Part shown: piece after piece, positions 23,801 through 37,400 of the stretch
How the letters are laid out: each line of letters opens with the position of its first letter
Position numbering within the stretch: the first letter of the stretch is position 1
Assembly: GCA_965285935.1 (NCBI GenBank)
Contig: OZ260662.1
Coordinates: 86,118,001 to 86,182,000, forward strand
Length of the DNA: 64,000 bases
Reading direction: 5' to 3'
DNA from: Ophelia neglecta
Taxonomy: Eukaryota
The notes under the pieces: model-generated
Database searches by the model: none
What the model was told of the DNA's origin: nothing
Seen by the model: the letters and a program-made list of their open reading frames with translations, nothing else
Made by a program: the position numbers and the translations under genes

Positions 23801-25316
23801 CAGAAAAATAGTTGACAACATTACCTACAAACTCAAGGCCACAGTCTTCTTAGGAGGCCACCTCAATAATAAATGTGACAAACAGATATCAAACTCAGGA
23901 TATTCAATCATTTGATCCCTTGTATGTTGATGGCAGTGACTGCTCCACCTCCTGCCTGATCAGACCAGGAGAGCTAACAGGCCGGTCACTTCCATGGTCT
24001 GAGATATGCTGCCCCCTGATTTCCTCATTGTGCTGCAATAGAAAGACGCTGGCAATGAGAATGTATCCCAACAAGGGCAATCTCGCTTGAGTGATTCTGC
24101 ATAGCTCTCCATCTTTCTTTGATCTTGGAAACCACAAAACCAAAAGCATGAAGCCATTAAAAAACTTGACAGTCTTCTCAGTGTTGTGGTTGGTATTCGG
24201 AGAGCAGACGTTAATTGGGGAAAACATACAATCTCTGTGTTCTAGTAGAGTAAATATATATCACCACCAGGTTAACTATCAGATCCCAAGTAGGCAAGTA
24301 TATCGCCAAGAAGTTAAATATAAACACTTCCCTCGCCAGTAATTTAGCCAGTAATTTAGCGGGGTTAAAGGACCTACAGAGGAGATTCAAGCATATTGTC
24401 GGAGGTCCCCAGGGGCGAGGGGGCGGGCCAGGATCAAGAGGGCTCCTCCCCACTTAAAGATAGGCTAGAGACATGAAACACAAACATTCCATGTATTCTG
24501 TCATTGTTCTCGATGGATGCTATCTTACAGAATATTCAAGCATTAGTTTTTGGATGCTATCTAACAGAATACCCATGCATTAGTGTCCAAAGTGCTAATC
24601 AGCAGTGTATGGAATACTGTTTAGATAATTAATTCATGATCAAGGGCCGACGACGGCTGATGGCTGTGGCAGGAACAACATGAACATTTGTTTGTCTAAT
24701 GTCTATTTCTACATAATGTTATGATTGTTCATTATGCCATGAACAGAGTTAGAACATATATCACCTTGGGATGAAAAACATTTGAATCACCCACATTCAA
24801 ACAAATAATTCTCCTACATTAGAAAATGTCATATATGTATTAATTATCATTTTCAAATATTAATGTTGCCGGCAACTATTAATGTCCCTTTTTACGACAT
24901 ATAGTGACAGCATACAACTATAGCTAGGGGTACATTGAAAAATACATTTTAAAAGATTTTTTAAATTAATAATAGAATGTAGGTAAAACAAGATAAGTAT
25001 GTTGACTGCTTAATTAATGATAATTTCTAGCCTATGCTGTAAATTAAGTGCACATACTTGTACAATGTTGATTGTTGTAGTAATTTCTGAGTCACACCCA
25101 ACAGTATATTCAAGTGAAAATTTGCTACACATAAATTTTGATTTCTTCAAAGGTTTATATATATCCCTGATCCATCTTTAGTCCTCAACTGTATGTTGTG
25201 TGTTACTCATTGACAGGTGGACTGTGTAACCCAGATAGACTGCATTGTCTGTATTAACCAGTCCCTCAGAAACAAAGCATTGCCGAAGTAAATGACTCAT
25301 TCTTGTGTGACTTTGG

Positions 25317-26245
25317 TTACCAAAGTAGGTTGTACATGTATGTGTGTCTTACCAGAGTACGCTGTGTGACTGTTTTACCTGAGTAGGCTATGTGACTGTC
25401 TTACCTGAGTAGGTTGTGTGACTGTCTTACCTGAGTAGGTTGTGTGAATGTCTTATCTGAGTAGGTTGTGTGACTGTCTTACCTGAGTAGGTTGTGTGAA
25501 TGTCTTACCTGAGTAGGTTGTGTGAATGTCTTATCTGAGTAGGTTGTTTGACTGTCTTACCTGAGTAGGTTGTGTGAATGTCTTATCTGAGTAGGTTGTG
25601 TGACTGTCTTACCTGAGTAGGTTGTGTGAATGTCTTACCTGAGTAGGTTGTGTGAATGTCTTATCTGAGTAGGTTGTTTGACTGTCTTACCTGAGTAGGT
25701 TGTGTGACTGTCTTACCTGAGTAGGTTGTGTGACTGTCTTACCTGAGTAGGTTGTGCAAATATCTTACCAGAGTAGGTTGTGTGAATGTCTTACCTGAGT
25801 AGGTTGTGTGACTGTCTTACCTGAGTAGGTTGTGTGACTGTCTTATCTGAGTAGGTTGTGTGACTGTCTTACCTGAGTAGGTTGTGTGACTGTCTTACCT
25901 GAGTAGGTTGTGTGACTGTCTTATCTGAGTAGGTTGTGTGACTGTCTTACCTGAGTAGGTTGTGTGACTGTCTTACCTGAGTAGGTTGTGTGACTGTCTT
26001 ACCTGAGTAGGTTGTGTGACTGTCTTACCTGAGTAGGTTGTGTGACTGTCTTACCTGAGTAGTTTGTGCCTTTGTGGCCTCTTTTACCTAAGTAGGTTGT
26101 TTCACCACTATTATCTGAGTAGGCTGTTTCACCCATATTACCTGAGTAAGTTGTTTCACCCATATTACCTCAGTAGGTTGTAGGTTTTTGGCCGGTAATG
26201 CTTGAGTAGGTTACTTGTGTGACCTGTACTAAATGAGTAGGTAAA
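25317..26245. repeat. 26-bp minisatellite (CTGAGTAGGTTGTGTGACTGTCTTAC)n
   Basis: 25 near-perfect units start every 26 bp from 25405 to 26029, with degenerate units on both flanks. Confidence 0.97.
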
Positions 26246-29200
26246 TTGTGCAGACTGTATTTTGCCTGAGCTCTCTTGGTGACAAGTGACAGACATAGCT
26301 AGACAGACACATGGTCAATACACACTTATAAACACTATCTCTTTATCTGAAACGCCCAGTGCATTCTCTTGTGTTACCAACTGATATGGTTAGCCACCAA
26401 ATTCGATTGACTATCAATACATGACTATATGTCCCCAGGGTAGGAAACCTATGACATCTTAGGGGCCTCATACAGACAAGGGCCCATATTTGTTTGGCAG
26501 CACAATGCTCTTAGAACTAATGGACAATTTAAGGTGTAATGACCAAAGACCCACCCACTAAGATGTAAGTATTTGCCATCAATTTTACAGCAGTATTGTC
26601 CAAGCCATTTTGAAGTGAAAATCTCGCCACTTTCTTTATAGATATATCCCTCATTTGTTAATTGTTTCTTTCTTGTGTTAATACATTTGAAAAAGCTTTT
26701 GAATATAATTCTGAGTAATTAAGGATTTCCTTAAGAGCACCATTACATTGGCTGCAGGGATCCAGAGAGCTTTTGCTATGTTGTAAACCGCCATCTTAAA
26801 GTACCAGCATAATCGTCTGACTACAAGTAACTGTTGTTATTTAAAAGACTTGCAGCATCATTTGAAAACACTTTGGCCAAAATGGTTCCTTAATGTCACT
26901 TAATGCAAATTCAACTGACTAAGGCTCCAAGTTTATATCTTCAGCCGATATGCAAATAAAGAAACTTAAAAAATCAAGATAACACATTTTAAATATATGC
27001 AGGTAGCTTTTAAGTCATTTTAAGAATCTTTGTTAGCCATGCTTTCTGACTGGAAAACTTAAATTATACTGTTAGTAATGTAGAAAGTCATAGAAAGGAT
27101 CTAGGCCTGGGTCACAAGTTACTTATGAAAGATTTAAATATGCTATAATGATATTAAGCAAGTAAAGGCATTTTGAAGGACTTGTGAAGAGGTGCAGTGT
27201 TTCAAAAAGTATGTACATGACTAAAGTTACCATTTATGTGTTTTTATATTGTGAAAGCAAAAATTAACACAGTAAATACACTATATTATTATGAATCAGA
27301 TTCATATATGTTTTAAAGTTCCCTTTATGATTACCTTAAAGTCATTTAATAATAAATGTATAGTCACATTTACCTGGTAAGATTGTATACACTTCTAGTG
27401 TTGTAAGCCTACAATAACATAAAATATACTTATAGGACTAGTTGTATCATTGTCCCTGGTTGTCATCAAATGTATTACTGAATTCTGGAAAAAAGTGAAT
27501 ACCGGGGTAGTATTGAACATCCATGACAAATATTACAATTTACAGAACTTACCTTTAAACATCAAAGCTCTTGGTAAAGACCTGTCATCATTCTACCAAT
27601 CTGAAGTTCTGAGACCTTCTATTACTTGTATGTGGCGCAGACATGGGGTTCTGTCTGAAATAAGTTACCACTGTCACTCAATAGAATTCTTCATATGTTC
27701 ACATGGGAGGATGTACAAGTAGATTGAATCAAAATTAACTCCAATGCAAAATATTAACCACAAGTAGCTGGATTTAGTTGGAAAATAAATTCTCACAGTT
27801 TTATCCCAAGATGAAGGCAGTGAACAGATGTTGGTTGTCATCTGTGGTCATCTTAGGTGTCCATGCATGCTCTTGGACCAACACTGGACACAGCTAATGT
27901 TCAAACCACAATACACTCCTGTCTACATCAAGTGGTCCCTTCCTGACTGTGTTGGTCTGGCATGTAGTATTAGTGCCAATTTAACTCAATTAATCACTGT
28001 ATAATTATTATATGTTCCTGATCTTAGCCCTGCATTGGAGGCCACTAAGGATATAGGCCTATTTCAGAGTCAGAGTATCACACCATCTGCTAACCAGCCA
28101 GATTTCTCAAAACATCTTTACATCTTCTATTCACAAACAACAGTTGTATACTGGTATGTTCCAACCTGCTTTGCAATTTATTCTGGCATCCAAAAAGTCA
28201 ACACAGACCCGCATTGAGTGGAAGTTTTCACCAAACATCCATGCGTATATCAACAGTTTTTTTTTATCATCAGTACAAGGATATTAGATCATTCACTTTT
28301 TACAAATTAATAGTGCAAAAGAATTTCAATTAGTCCTTGAACATATAGTTACATAAAAATGTTCTATAGCTACAGTTTAAAATGGGATGAACGTGATCTA
28401 AGGCATGTCTTATCTGAGTTTACATACAAACTCTCTCTCTTATCTTGAATTTGTACAAATAAGATAATGACATATTTACCATTGGCCAAGCATGATGGCT
28501 ATTGATCCCAGGTTTGCTCAAACTTATAAATATGCCAAGATTGATTTATATACCATTATTTAAAAATTTACCAACACATACAGTTGCTGTATCAATAATC
28601 ATTAAAATACCATTTCCCTAATTAAACTTTAAAAAAAATACAGGTATATCTATTTCATGATGTTACAACTTACCATAAACTTAAAGTGCTCTATTGAATG
28701 AAATTTTAGCATACACCTATTTTCAAAGATTTTACAAAGTGAAAAAATTCTTGACATTGAAGTGCACAGGAAATTTCAGTTCACACAGTACCATAATTAT
28801 GGACAAAAAAAAAGCAAAGTAACTCAAGTCTAGCATAATGTTCATCAACAGCATTCTATACTAATAATCATAGTCTACGGCATGAAATCAGTAATAACAT
28901 TACTGTTCATGTAGTGCATGATCTGATGTTCGAATGTCTAGCCAGCAATTTGTAATAAATCATTTGTATTTTCGTCACCATCATTTATTTATGCAGCCAT
29001 ACTGCAACACTACTTCCTTTCTTGTTTTTCTGCTTATACAATATTTTCAAGGCAAATAAAAACATGTTGTTTACTGCATGCTAAGTTAAAAGTTGTGCAC
29101 ACTTTTAGTTATTTCAAATATGCAAAACCTTGTTTACATCAGAACTGGCCTGCCAAGATTCACCAGACACAAATGATGGTTGGCAAAATTTCACCAGTGG

Positions 29201-30379
29201 AAAGAAATGGTGTATGGTAAGTGGGTGCCTTCCTGGCAGTCAGTTAATATGGTTAAAAAACACTAAACTAGCCAGGAACATGTTACTTGACAGGTTAGGT
29301 ACAGATGAGAAGATTGGGAAACTTTGAAAAGTCTAAAAAAATGCCTGCCGGGGAAAATTCTCATGCCTGAGTAAGGCAAAAAACAGTGTTGTATTCTGCA
29401 TTCTAGTTTTATTTTTATGAAATTTCTTATAGTTTGGCCCCAGTTTTGTTTTAGACTGATGATAATACTATTATCATTAAGGGTATAATCAGCAACCAAC
29501 TACATGTAGCTCTAATAAACTGGAGCAATTAATGCAATTAAAACAGTTACCTGCTACACAAATTACAAAAAGAAGATGTATCTTTTCACATGCTTCTAAA
29601 GAGGTAATTTATCTCCCAGCTGTACATCTGTCTCAGTAAGTAACAGTATACTAATTACCAAGTACAATTAATTAATAAGATAAATATTTTATGGTTCAAC
29701 TTGGACTGGGACTTGGGTAAAGTGTGATGATTCATAAGCAATAAAGCCTTCATATTTGTTTAAATTCTACTTTTTCACCAACATTTTTGTCCATTTTAAA
29801 GGCAGCCAGAAAGTCGGAGATGCAAAACTAGCTAATTTATAGCGTGAAGTTACATGTGTTTAGATTCAGGTGCCTAGTAAAGTTTGTAGGAGTTGTCACA
29901 TGTGATATTGTATCTTATTTTATAGCTTTAATGGCTCTTAGTTTACAGGTAAATCAAAACACAATTTGAATCTCAACTCTTTGCACTTTAAAAATGATGA
30001 CATTTTTATGACTTTTTTTTTCAGCTTCCCACTGCAGCATTTACAAGCCTCAGTTTGAGGCAGATCTTACTTCACCTAATTCTAATTTCACACTCTTGCA
30101 CTAGTTTTACAAACCTATGTCCACCATTGAGCCTCTTACCATTAATATATAAAGAACTCCAAACTCTATTGATTTCACAATTTGGACCCATACTATTGAT
30201 CAAAATATTATAAAGTGAGTATATATAATGTTAAATTTAAACAGTATCATGTTACCATCAATTTTTTTTCTGTCTGGCTGATGTTCAATATAATTATAAA
30301 GGCAGTTTTCATTCAATAAATAACACTTCGAAGACAAGATAAATACTTTGACATTGTTAATTCAAGATGATTCGACTTG

Positions 30380-30385
30380 TTTATT
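30380..30385 (-). terminator. Candidate polyadenylation signal of C2-PDZ gene B
   Basis: TTTATT on +, about 1.1 kb past the 31469 stop, at the end of a 3'-UTR-like stretch; another candidate lies near 30856. Confidence 0.3.
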
Positions 30386-31468
30386 CTTGTCATGCACAAG
30401 TACAGTAAATAATTGAATCTCTAAGAAACATGTAGTCATCACATGTAATCATTAAATATAATTTACAAGGATTCTTCTGGTGTAGCTTATCACACCATAC
30501 AGCTCCTATGAATAACAGTTTATATATAAACCAAACATACTGGTATATATGTAAATCACAAACATACATACCAGATACATGTATCATGTACATTTGTGAA
30601 GTCTAAACAAGGCTTTTAGAAAGGCAAGCCCCCCCCCCCCCCCCACTGAAAGCATTCAAATCAAATGTTCACCCCAGGATTGCTACAAGCCTCTACTTGT
30701 AAGTAAAAAAACCTTCATAGCCAACCTTACATTTGCAAAGATCCCTTTCAGCGTGCTCTATTGTTTTTAATCATTGATTATCATACTATAACTTATTGAT
30801 TATCATATTATAATTTACACATTTTCAGCTAGAACTGACATACTCTAGAATAGATTTTATTCTCTCTAGCACTTAAAACACACATTTTCTCCATTTGGTG
30901 TAAATTAGTAGTTTTTATCTTCAAATAATATAACCAACACAGTTATTGATATTATTTGCTGCCAGCCGATGTTTCAGAGACATACATTCAAGTATTCAGG
31001 GATTCATCAACATTCTGAGGTAGATTTATAATACATCATAGGTAGAGCACCACTCAAGTATAAATAAAATCTCTTAGACCTGTCATGAAACATCTTTGGA
31101 TTTCTGAAAGGAAAAGAGAATAGGTTTATACATGTAGTAGTAACTGCAATATAAAATTCACAAGGTATACTGCTCAATACTACTTTCCAGCTAAAGTAAA
31201 CTATAGCATGTCCAACAACACGTTAGCCTTAAAATTGCACAAGAAAATGTATATTTAATAGGCATCATAACACAGATGCGCCGAATAGATACTAAAAATT
31301 TGCAGAGTTAAAAATGTCATACACTTAAGTCGCCATTCAATGCACAAAAGACGAGGATGACATCAGGATGACATCATATATCCTTGAAGAGTTGTATAAA
31401 CTTTTTCTCATTTGACGCATACAGGTAAAGTTTCAATGCACCCTACGCTGTCTTACCCAGTAGTAAAG

Positions 31469-34400
31469 TTAGTAAAAATATCTAAGAGAAGATGATTTGA
31501 TGATTCTTACTGTAATCTTGGGTTTCCTCTTCTTTCTCATCATACCGCACAGACCAATGCCAGCCTCTGACATCATTGTCTGATGGAGGTTCTCTTTGTG
31601 AGATTCAGGAATGAGCTTTCTCGGAGAGTGACTGTCCTCGATGGGAGAGGGTCTGGGGGCAGGGGTGGAGGAGATTCCAGAATCTGAGGCCACTATGTTC
31701 AAGGGGCCTGTGACACCCCACAGAGGGTGGGTAGGGGGGTAGGATGGGTGGCCAGCACCCCTGGGAATAGTCTCATACACTGAGTCTGGACTAATAGCTG
31801 GAGTCTCTCTCCTCACCATTACTGGCCTTTGAACTTCAAGAATTACCTTTTTCTCAGATTTCCTAGTTAACAAAGAAAAGTATTTAAAAAATATATTTGA
31901 GAGGAAATAAATCAATAATTCAACCCACATTTTTACATTGACACTGACAGTGCCACAGACCCAAGAGTATTTTATTTAACGAGAGAATAAAATTGGTGGC
32001 AGATATCAAATGCACAACATTGCCATAAATAATGTGTTCAACAGATAATAATTCAAAATAAGATAATAGATAATGTTCAGAAAGACCACTCCTGGGATAA
32101 GGCGGGGTTGTTATTTATTCAATAGCCCTGCCCTTAAGAGTTGTTGAAGTCTTTGTATAACCTACTTGATGATCTTTGCCACCTTGTCATCAACCATGGA
32201 CCTGCTCAAGTAAGTGCCATTGATTCGGATCACTTTATCATCCACTCTCAAGCCAGAAGATTCTGCTGGGGAACCTAGAAAAAAGAGATGTGTAAGTGTC
32301 TGTCATATCATCCAATAATGTGATAGTTATTTGTCTGGTTTATAATTATGATAAATTCAACAGATATTGTCACAAATAAAGGTAGGTCTTACCTGGATCT
32401 ACTTTGCTCACAAAGACTGGCCCAAAGGAGTGGCCCATAACGCTGAACCCAAAGCTAGCACCAACCCTCCTGATCACAAACTGCAAGGAACACAAAATAA
32501 CTGTCATAATGAAAAGTGAAACTTGCTACCAACAAGCGCTAGATTTGGTTTTGTTATATGAAACTTTGAGGTAAGTTATTAGGTAAATGTGAGAGTTTAT
32601 AATAGGAGGTTCATTTAACTTGAGGTTGGAGATAAACAAGAGGAGTTTTACCACGTGAGGTTCCAGGCTGATCACTTCATTAAACATTGGGGAAGCTTCA
32701 ATACTGGGTGGTAACGAGGGCACATCAGGAATATCTGAAACGTAGAAATGTTAACAATAGTAATGAATACATTTACTAGGATAAACACCTGAAAAGGCTA
32801 TGATAATAAATACATATCTGCAGGTCAGCTGTAGTTGCAAGATATGCTTAATTCACAAGATACTATGGCAGCTTTGCACATAATACATTTAGAAAATGAC
32901 AACTCTAGTTGACCTGGGCAGAGTAAAATTCATGACACTTGAAAAGGTTTAAACCAAACATCTTTGCTTCCACATGTGCTGAGGTTATTAATGCACACTA
33001 TGAATCTATGTATATGCCACACTACTAACAAGTCGTTCACTGGAACTATGAGAGCCTGATGTTGAAATGAACAGGGACTGGGTGTTGATTTTTTTTTAAC
33101 ATATGACAGGCAGACAGACAGTCATACAGACAATTTTAGAGGAAGAAGTAGTTAAAGTAGTGTGTAGTGGGAAAAGTAGTGTCTGACCAACTTGTTCAAC
33201 TACAAACTACTTGAACTACATCTTCCTCTTGATTCTGGCATCCCATTTCCTCTGAAGGGTAAGGCCAAATAGAGAGATTTATCAATAAAGGTGTGTGACA
33301 AAGATGAAGACAGCAGTGAATGTAGCTATCTTATAATCTGGTGTTAGTAGCTATCTTACATGTTCCTCCCTCTGATTCCCCTGGAGGGGGCAGTCGTGTC
33401 GCCACCTGCAGGTGCTTTCTTCTCCCCACGTTATCAGTCAGAAGGTAATACCAACCATCTACAGTCTGAAAGTGTTGTGTATCAAGTCAGTTTAAATGAA
33501 ATTAACACTTCAATAAAGTAGGCAAGTAGTCACCATAGGCAGTGGTGTGGTAGAAAGATTTGAAAGAACAAAGAATACAAAATAATTGAGACAAAATGAA
33601 GTGTTACCTTTTGCATCGACATGATATGTTGTATGCCAAATGACATGCATCCCAAAAATTCTCCATGTCTGGAAAAGTAAAATGTTAACAATTTAAATGT
33701 TAATTATTATCATCTGAGTCAAACCAAACTTCCATTATCACTTCCTGATCACATGATGGATTATGTTACTACTTCCAATAAGGTGATCATGACAGAAATA
33801 CATGCAGCTTATTACTCACTCGTGGCCTTTCTCCTTGTGCCAGACAGAGATAAGCAGCCGTTTTCTAATATCTTCTCCCAGCAACTCACTACAAAAATCA
33901 TCATATAATTATTTCATAACTAATACTCTATTTCATAATAACTCAATGGCTTACTCCTAGTTCATTAAATATCAGGTAACTTAAAAATTTATTTAAAAAA
34001 GTAAAATAAAGGTTGTTCATCTCCATAGAGCATGAACGAAATTATCCATGAATATTTAATTTACATTTAAAACTTACAAAGAGAACTTTTCATCAAATTC
34101 AGGGCTGTTAGTGTGTGTCACCACTCCTGTTCTACACCTGGTCCTCCTACTGTCGTCAGGCATCAGGGACAACTAAAAAAATACATTAATGTGGTTATCA
34201 AGCAAACAGAGGACAATATATTTTGATTTTACTGGCGTTCTTTATTAAAAGTGGACCCTATGACATAATACACAACTTTACAATTATGCCTTGTCTAAGG
34301 TCAAGGTTTAGTACATATTTTAATTGCCTACTTATTTAAATAGGTATATGTGTTTAATGAGGATGTAAGTCAGTAATACTGTTATCATAGATTGTTAATC

Positions 34401-37400
34401 AGCCAATCCTGGCTGTGTGGTTTTGCCCCAGACATTTAAATGTTTGAGCTCAGTAGGAGGGTGTCTCAGTTTGGTGGATGGTAATAGAGAGGCTGGGTAT
34501 TATCTTAAGCTCTGAACATGTATACCATCACCAAGTGTCCAACTAGCCCTGCATGGGGCCAATCAAGGGTCCACTTCCACAGAGTTTACCTAACATCCAG
34601 TTACCCCTAAGGCCTAACCCCCTAGCTATCCACAGATACCTGGGGCTGTAATAATCAAACCATTATGTAATTGTGGTCAATGTACTACAAGGAACAATAA
34701 TGATATTGTAAAGGGTTGACACTGGATCCGCTGCACAAAGTGTATATTCATCAAAACCACTGGAACGGGTGTGAGATTTGCCTCATTGTACTATAATTTT
34801 ACAAGACAAAGTATATGACAGCACTTAACAAAAGGACTTGAAAGGGATGAACAAAGTATAACTATAGTAGAAGTTTATTGCGGTAATTTTCCTCACCTTC
34901 ACATAGGGATTCAGCAGCTCTCTTCTCTTGTTTGATAAATGCCTGGCTTGGTCAACTACAATAGAAAGTATTGGATGACACATCATTAGAAACACGAACA
35001 AATTTAAAAAGAATTCAGTATAAAATATCTGTCAACTGACAACATGCCTAAACCAGATATGCATTTGTTTAAGGCATTTAACTGGCTACTACAAACATAT
35101 CAAATTCAATAAAAGAGATTTTATCACATATTTTATGCAGTACAGCTCAATCGAGAATTCATGTTTGTCAGAAATAAGATTTCATCTCTATATTATCATA
35201 AGCTAAATCACATCCAATTTAAAATGTCAGTTAAAGAAATTCATGACATGCAATAATCCCTGAGAGCACAAGTATACTGTTATTTCAAACCTTTATAAAA
35301 TTAAAATCCAATATGCGGGGAATGAATAATTAGAAAAAGGATTAAACTAATGGTCAACCTTCCCTTTCTTTGGTAAGTATATTTACATTTCTATTTAAGA
35401 TACTGAAATAATAAGTGAGACACTGAAATGTTGACCCTATTTATTTGTCCGCCCCCAGATAATGGAAGTCCATCTTACCATTGACAGTAAGCAGTCCATA
35501 GTTAACATAAACAGCCAGCTTCAGTTGCCCTAAAATGAAAACATGGTGAAATTAAATGTAAACAAAAAGATAACACTTAAAGAAAATAAGCATGGTGTGT
35601 CACTATGAGATAAATGCAAGCATCACACATTTCTTTCATGATATATTTCTAAAATTCTAGAGTAATACACAGCAGACACTAAAATTATTATGGAGTTATA
35701 CTTGCTCAGACCAACCCATCCAAATAATTTTATATTGTAAAGGGATATTTTATAGGAGTTATTGTATTGGTAGACAGAGAACAGGGTCCAAAAAATTGCC
35801 TTGTCCCGTCAAAAATGAATTTCAAGTAGAACAATTTTAATGCCAGTGAGCTGTAAGTTCAATATAGATATAATAGAATTAACACAAATAATTTGGAGGA
35901 AGAATACATTAGTGTAAATCAATATCATAATAGTATGATCGGTAAAAATGTTGCTTTGGTATCATGTCAGCTGCTATGCCCCTTGAGATAGCAATCCCAA
36001 ACTACGGGGAAAACAGATTGCTCTTTAAGCGTCTGGAGCAACTGTCAAGCATTAAAAACTGTATTGGTTCCTTTGTCCCTTCTGCCATTTATAGGGTGGT
36101 ATTGACAATGAACACAGGACAAAACTGTGTTCATAGGATTGTGCCTGCTTTTCAAATAATAGATGAACAGCAGTGTGTGAGAAAGAAGTAACAGTACATG
36201 ACCAGGTGCAAATGTGTGGCCGGGCCAGGCCACATGTCTTCATGGGCTTGTAACATGTAAACTGATAGATCAGTGATTTTGAAAAGAATATCAACAAAGG
36301 CACGGCAATCATATCAGCTGATCATAACTGTGTATTTATTATTTTGACTTACTGACTTGCCACTGCTTTTATGTGTGCTTTTGATTAATTACTGCTGAAG
36401 AAATGTTACTTTTTCAGTCAAAACAGCACATATAGTTTTGTGCCATGCATGAAATGTTTTGTTCTAGTTGATATATTACTGCTAAAAACAGGCTGGTGCA
36501 TGCAGAAACCACATCCAGAGCAATGATACTAGCATCTGTTATGTTCTTTGAATCAGATAAATTGCTTCAACGAGCTGAGATTAGTACAGGGAGTGTTTTA
36601 TCATTATACCTTTGAAGTTTCAATCAAGCTTGTTTCAACTTTTAACGCCTCAACATTATTCCAGGTGATAATTCATTAATTCTTATCAGTATTGTTTGTT
36701 TTAGATAATCTCAGGGACTTAGCAAACTAAACAGATAGATTAATTAATATCTGCCCAAAATGGCCCTTATCACACTTGCAGAATTTTGCCTATTAGCGTT
36801 GAATATAAAGTTTAATATAGAAATCAGATGCTACATGCATTATTTCATCCTAAACAGGAAGGTTTCCTGACTTATCAATTAACATCAATTCAGAGAGAAA
36901 AATACCACGACATAGCCCACACGTCCAAAAAAGGGAAAATAAAGAATTCAAATGGCTAGTCTTAATCACTCACCTCTTCCTGGGGCAACTATCCTGTTTA
37001 CTGTTTCCATCACTTTAAATCATAAACCACATGAATGTATTCCAAAATGTATGAAATCTGGTCCTAAGATACATATATGTTCATGTAGGACATTATCTGC
37101 AGTCAGTCACAGTTAGATTTACACAATCTCTGATACGAATCCTTCACCAAACACTGCCCTTGTGCACTGACAAACCCTGAGGCAGGTCCATACCGCAAAT
37201 TGCACAATTTCTGGTTAAATATTTTGCTGTAAAATCGTCTTTATATCCACCATGTTCCTTAAAGCTACTACCTGCAGTGAAGGTATCCGACCAATACAGG
37301 TTTTCAATTATTTCAGATTCCACTCCCTCAGTAGGTGACAGTCCAGTGACAGCCAAGATGATTTATGTCCTAACTGACCACAAGTACTTGTCACATACAT

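Noticed and set aside
23875-24453. Cluster of short ORFs on both strands
   Set aside because: No recognisable domain or consistent exon chain; more likely UTR or repeat.
25317-26245. CRISPR array or coding repeat
   Set aside because: Head-to-tail units with no unique spacers, no cas genes, eukaryotic context; 26 is not a multiple of 3 and stops recur.
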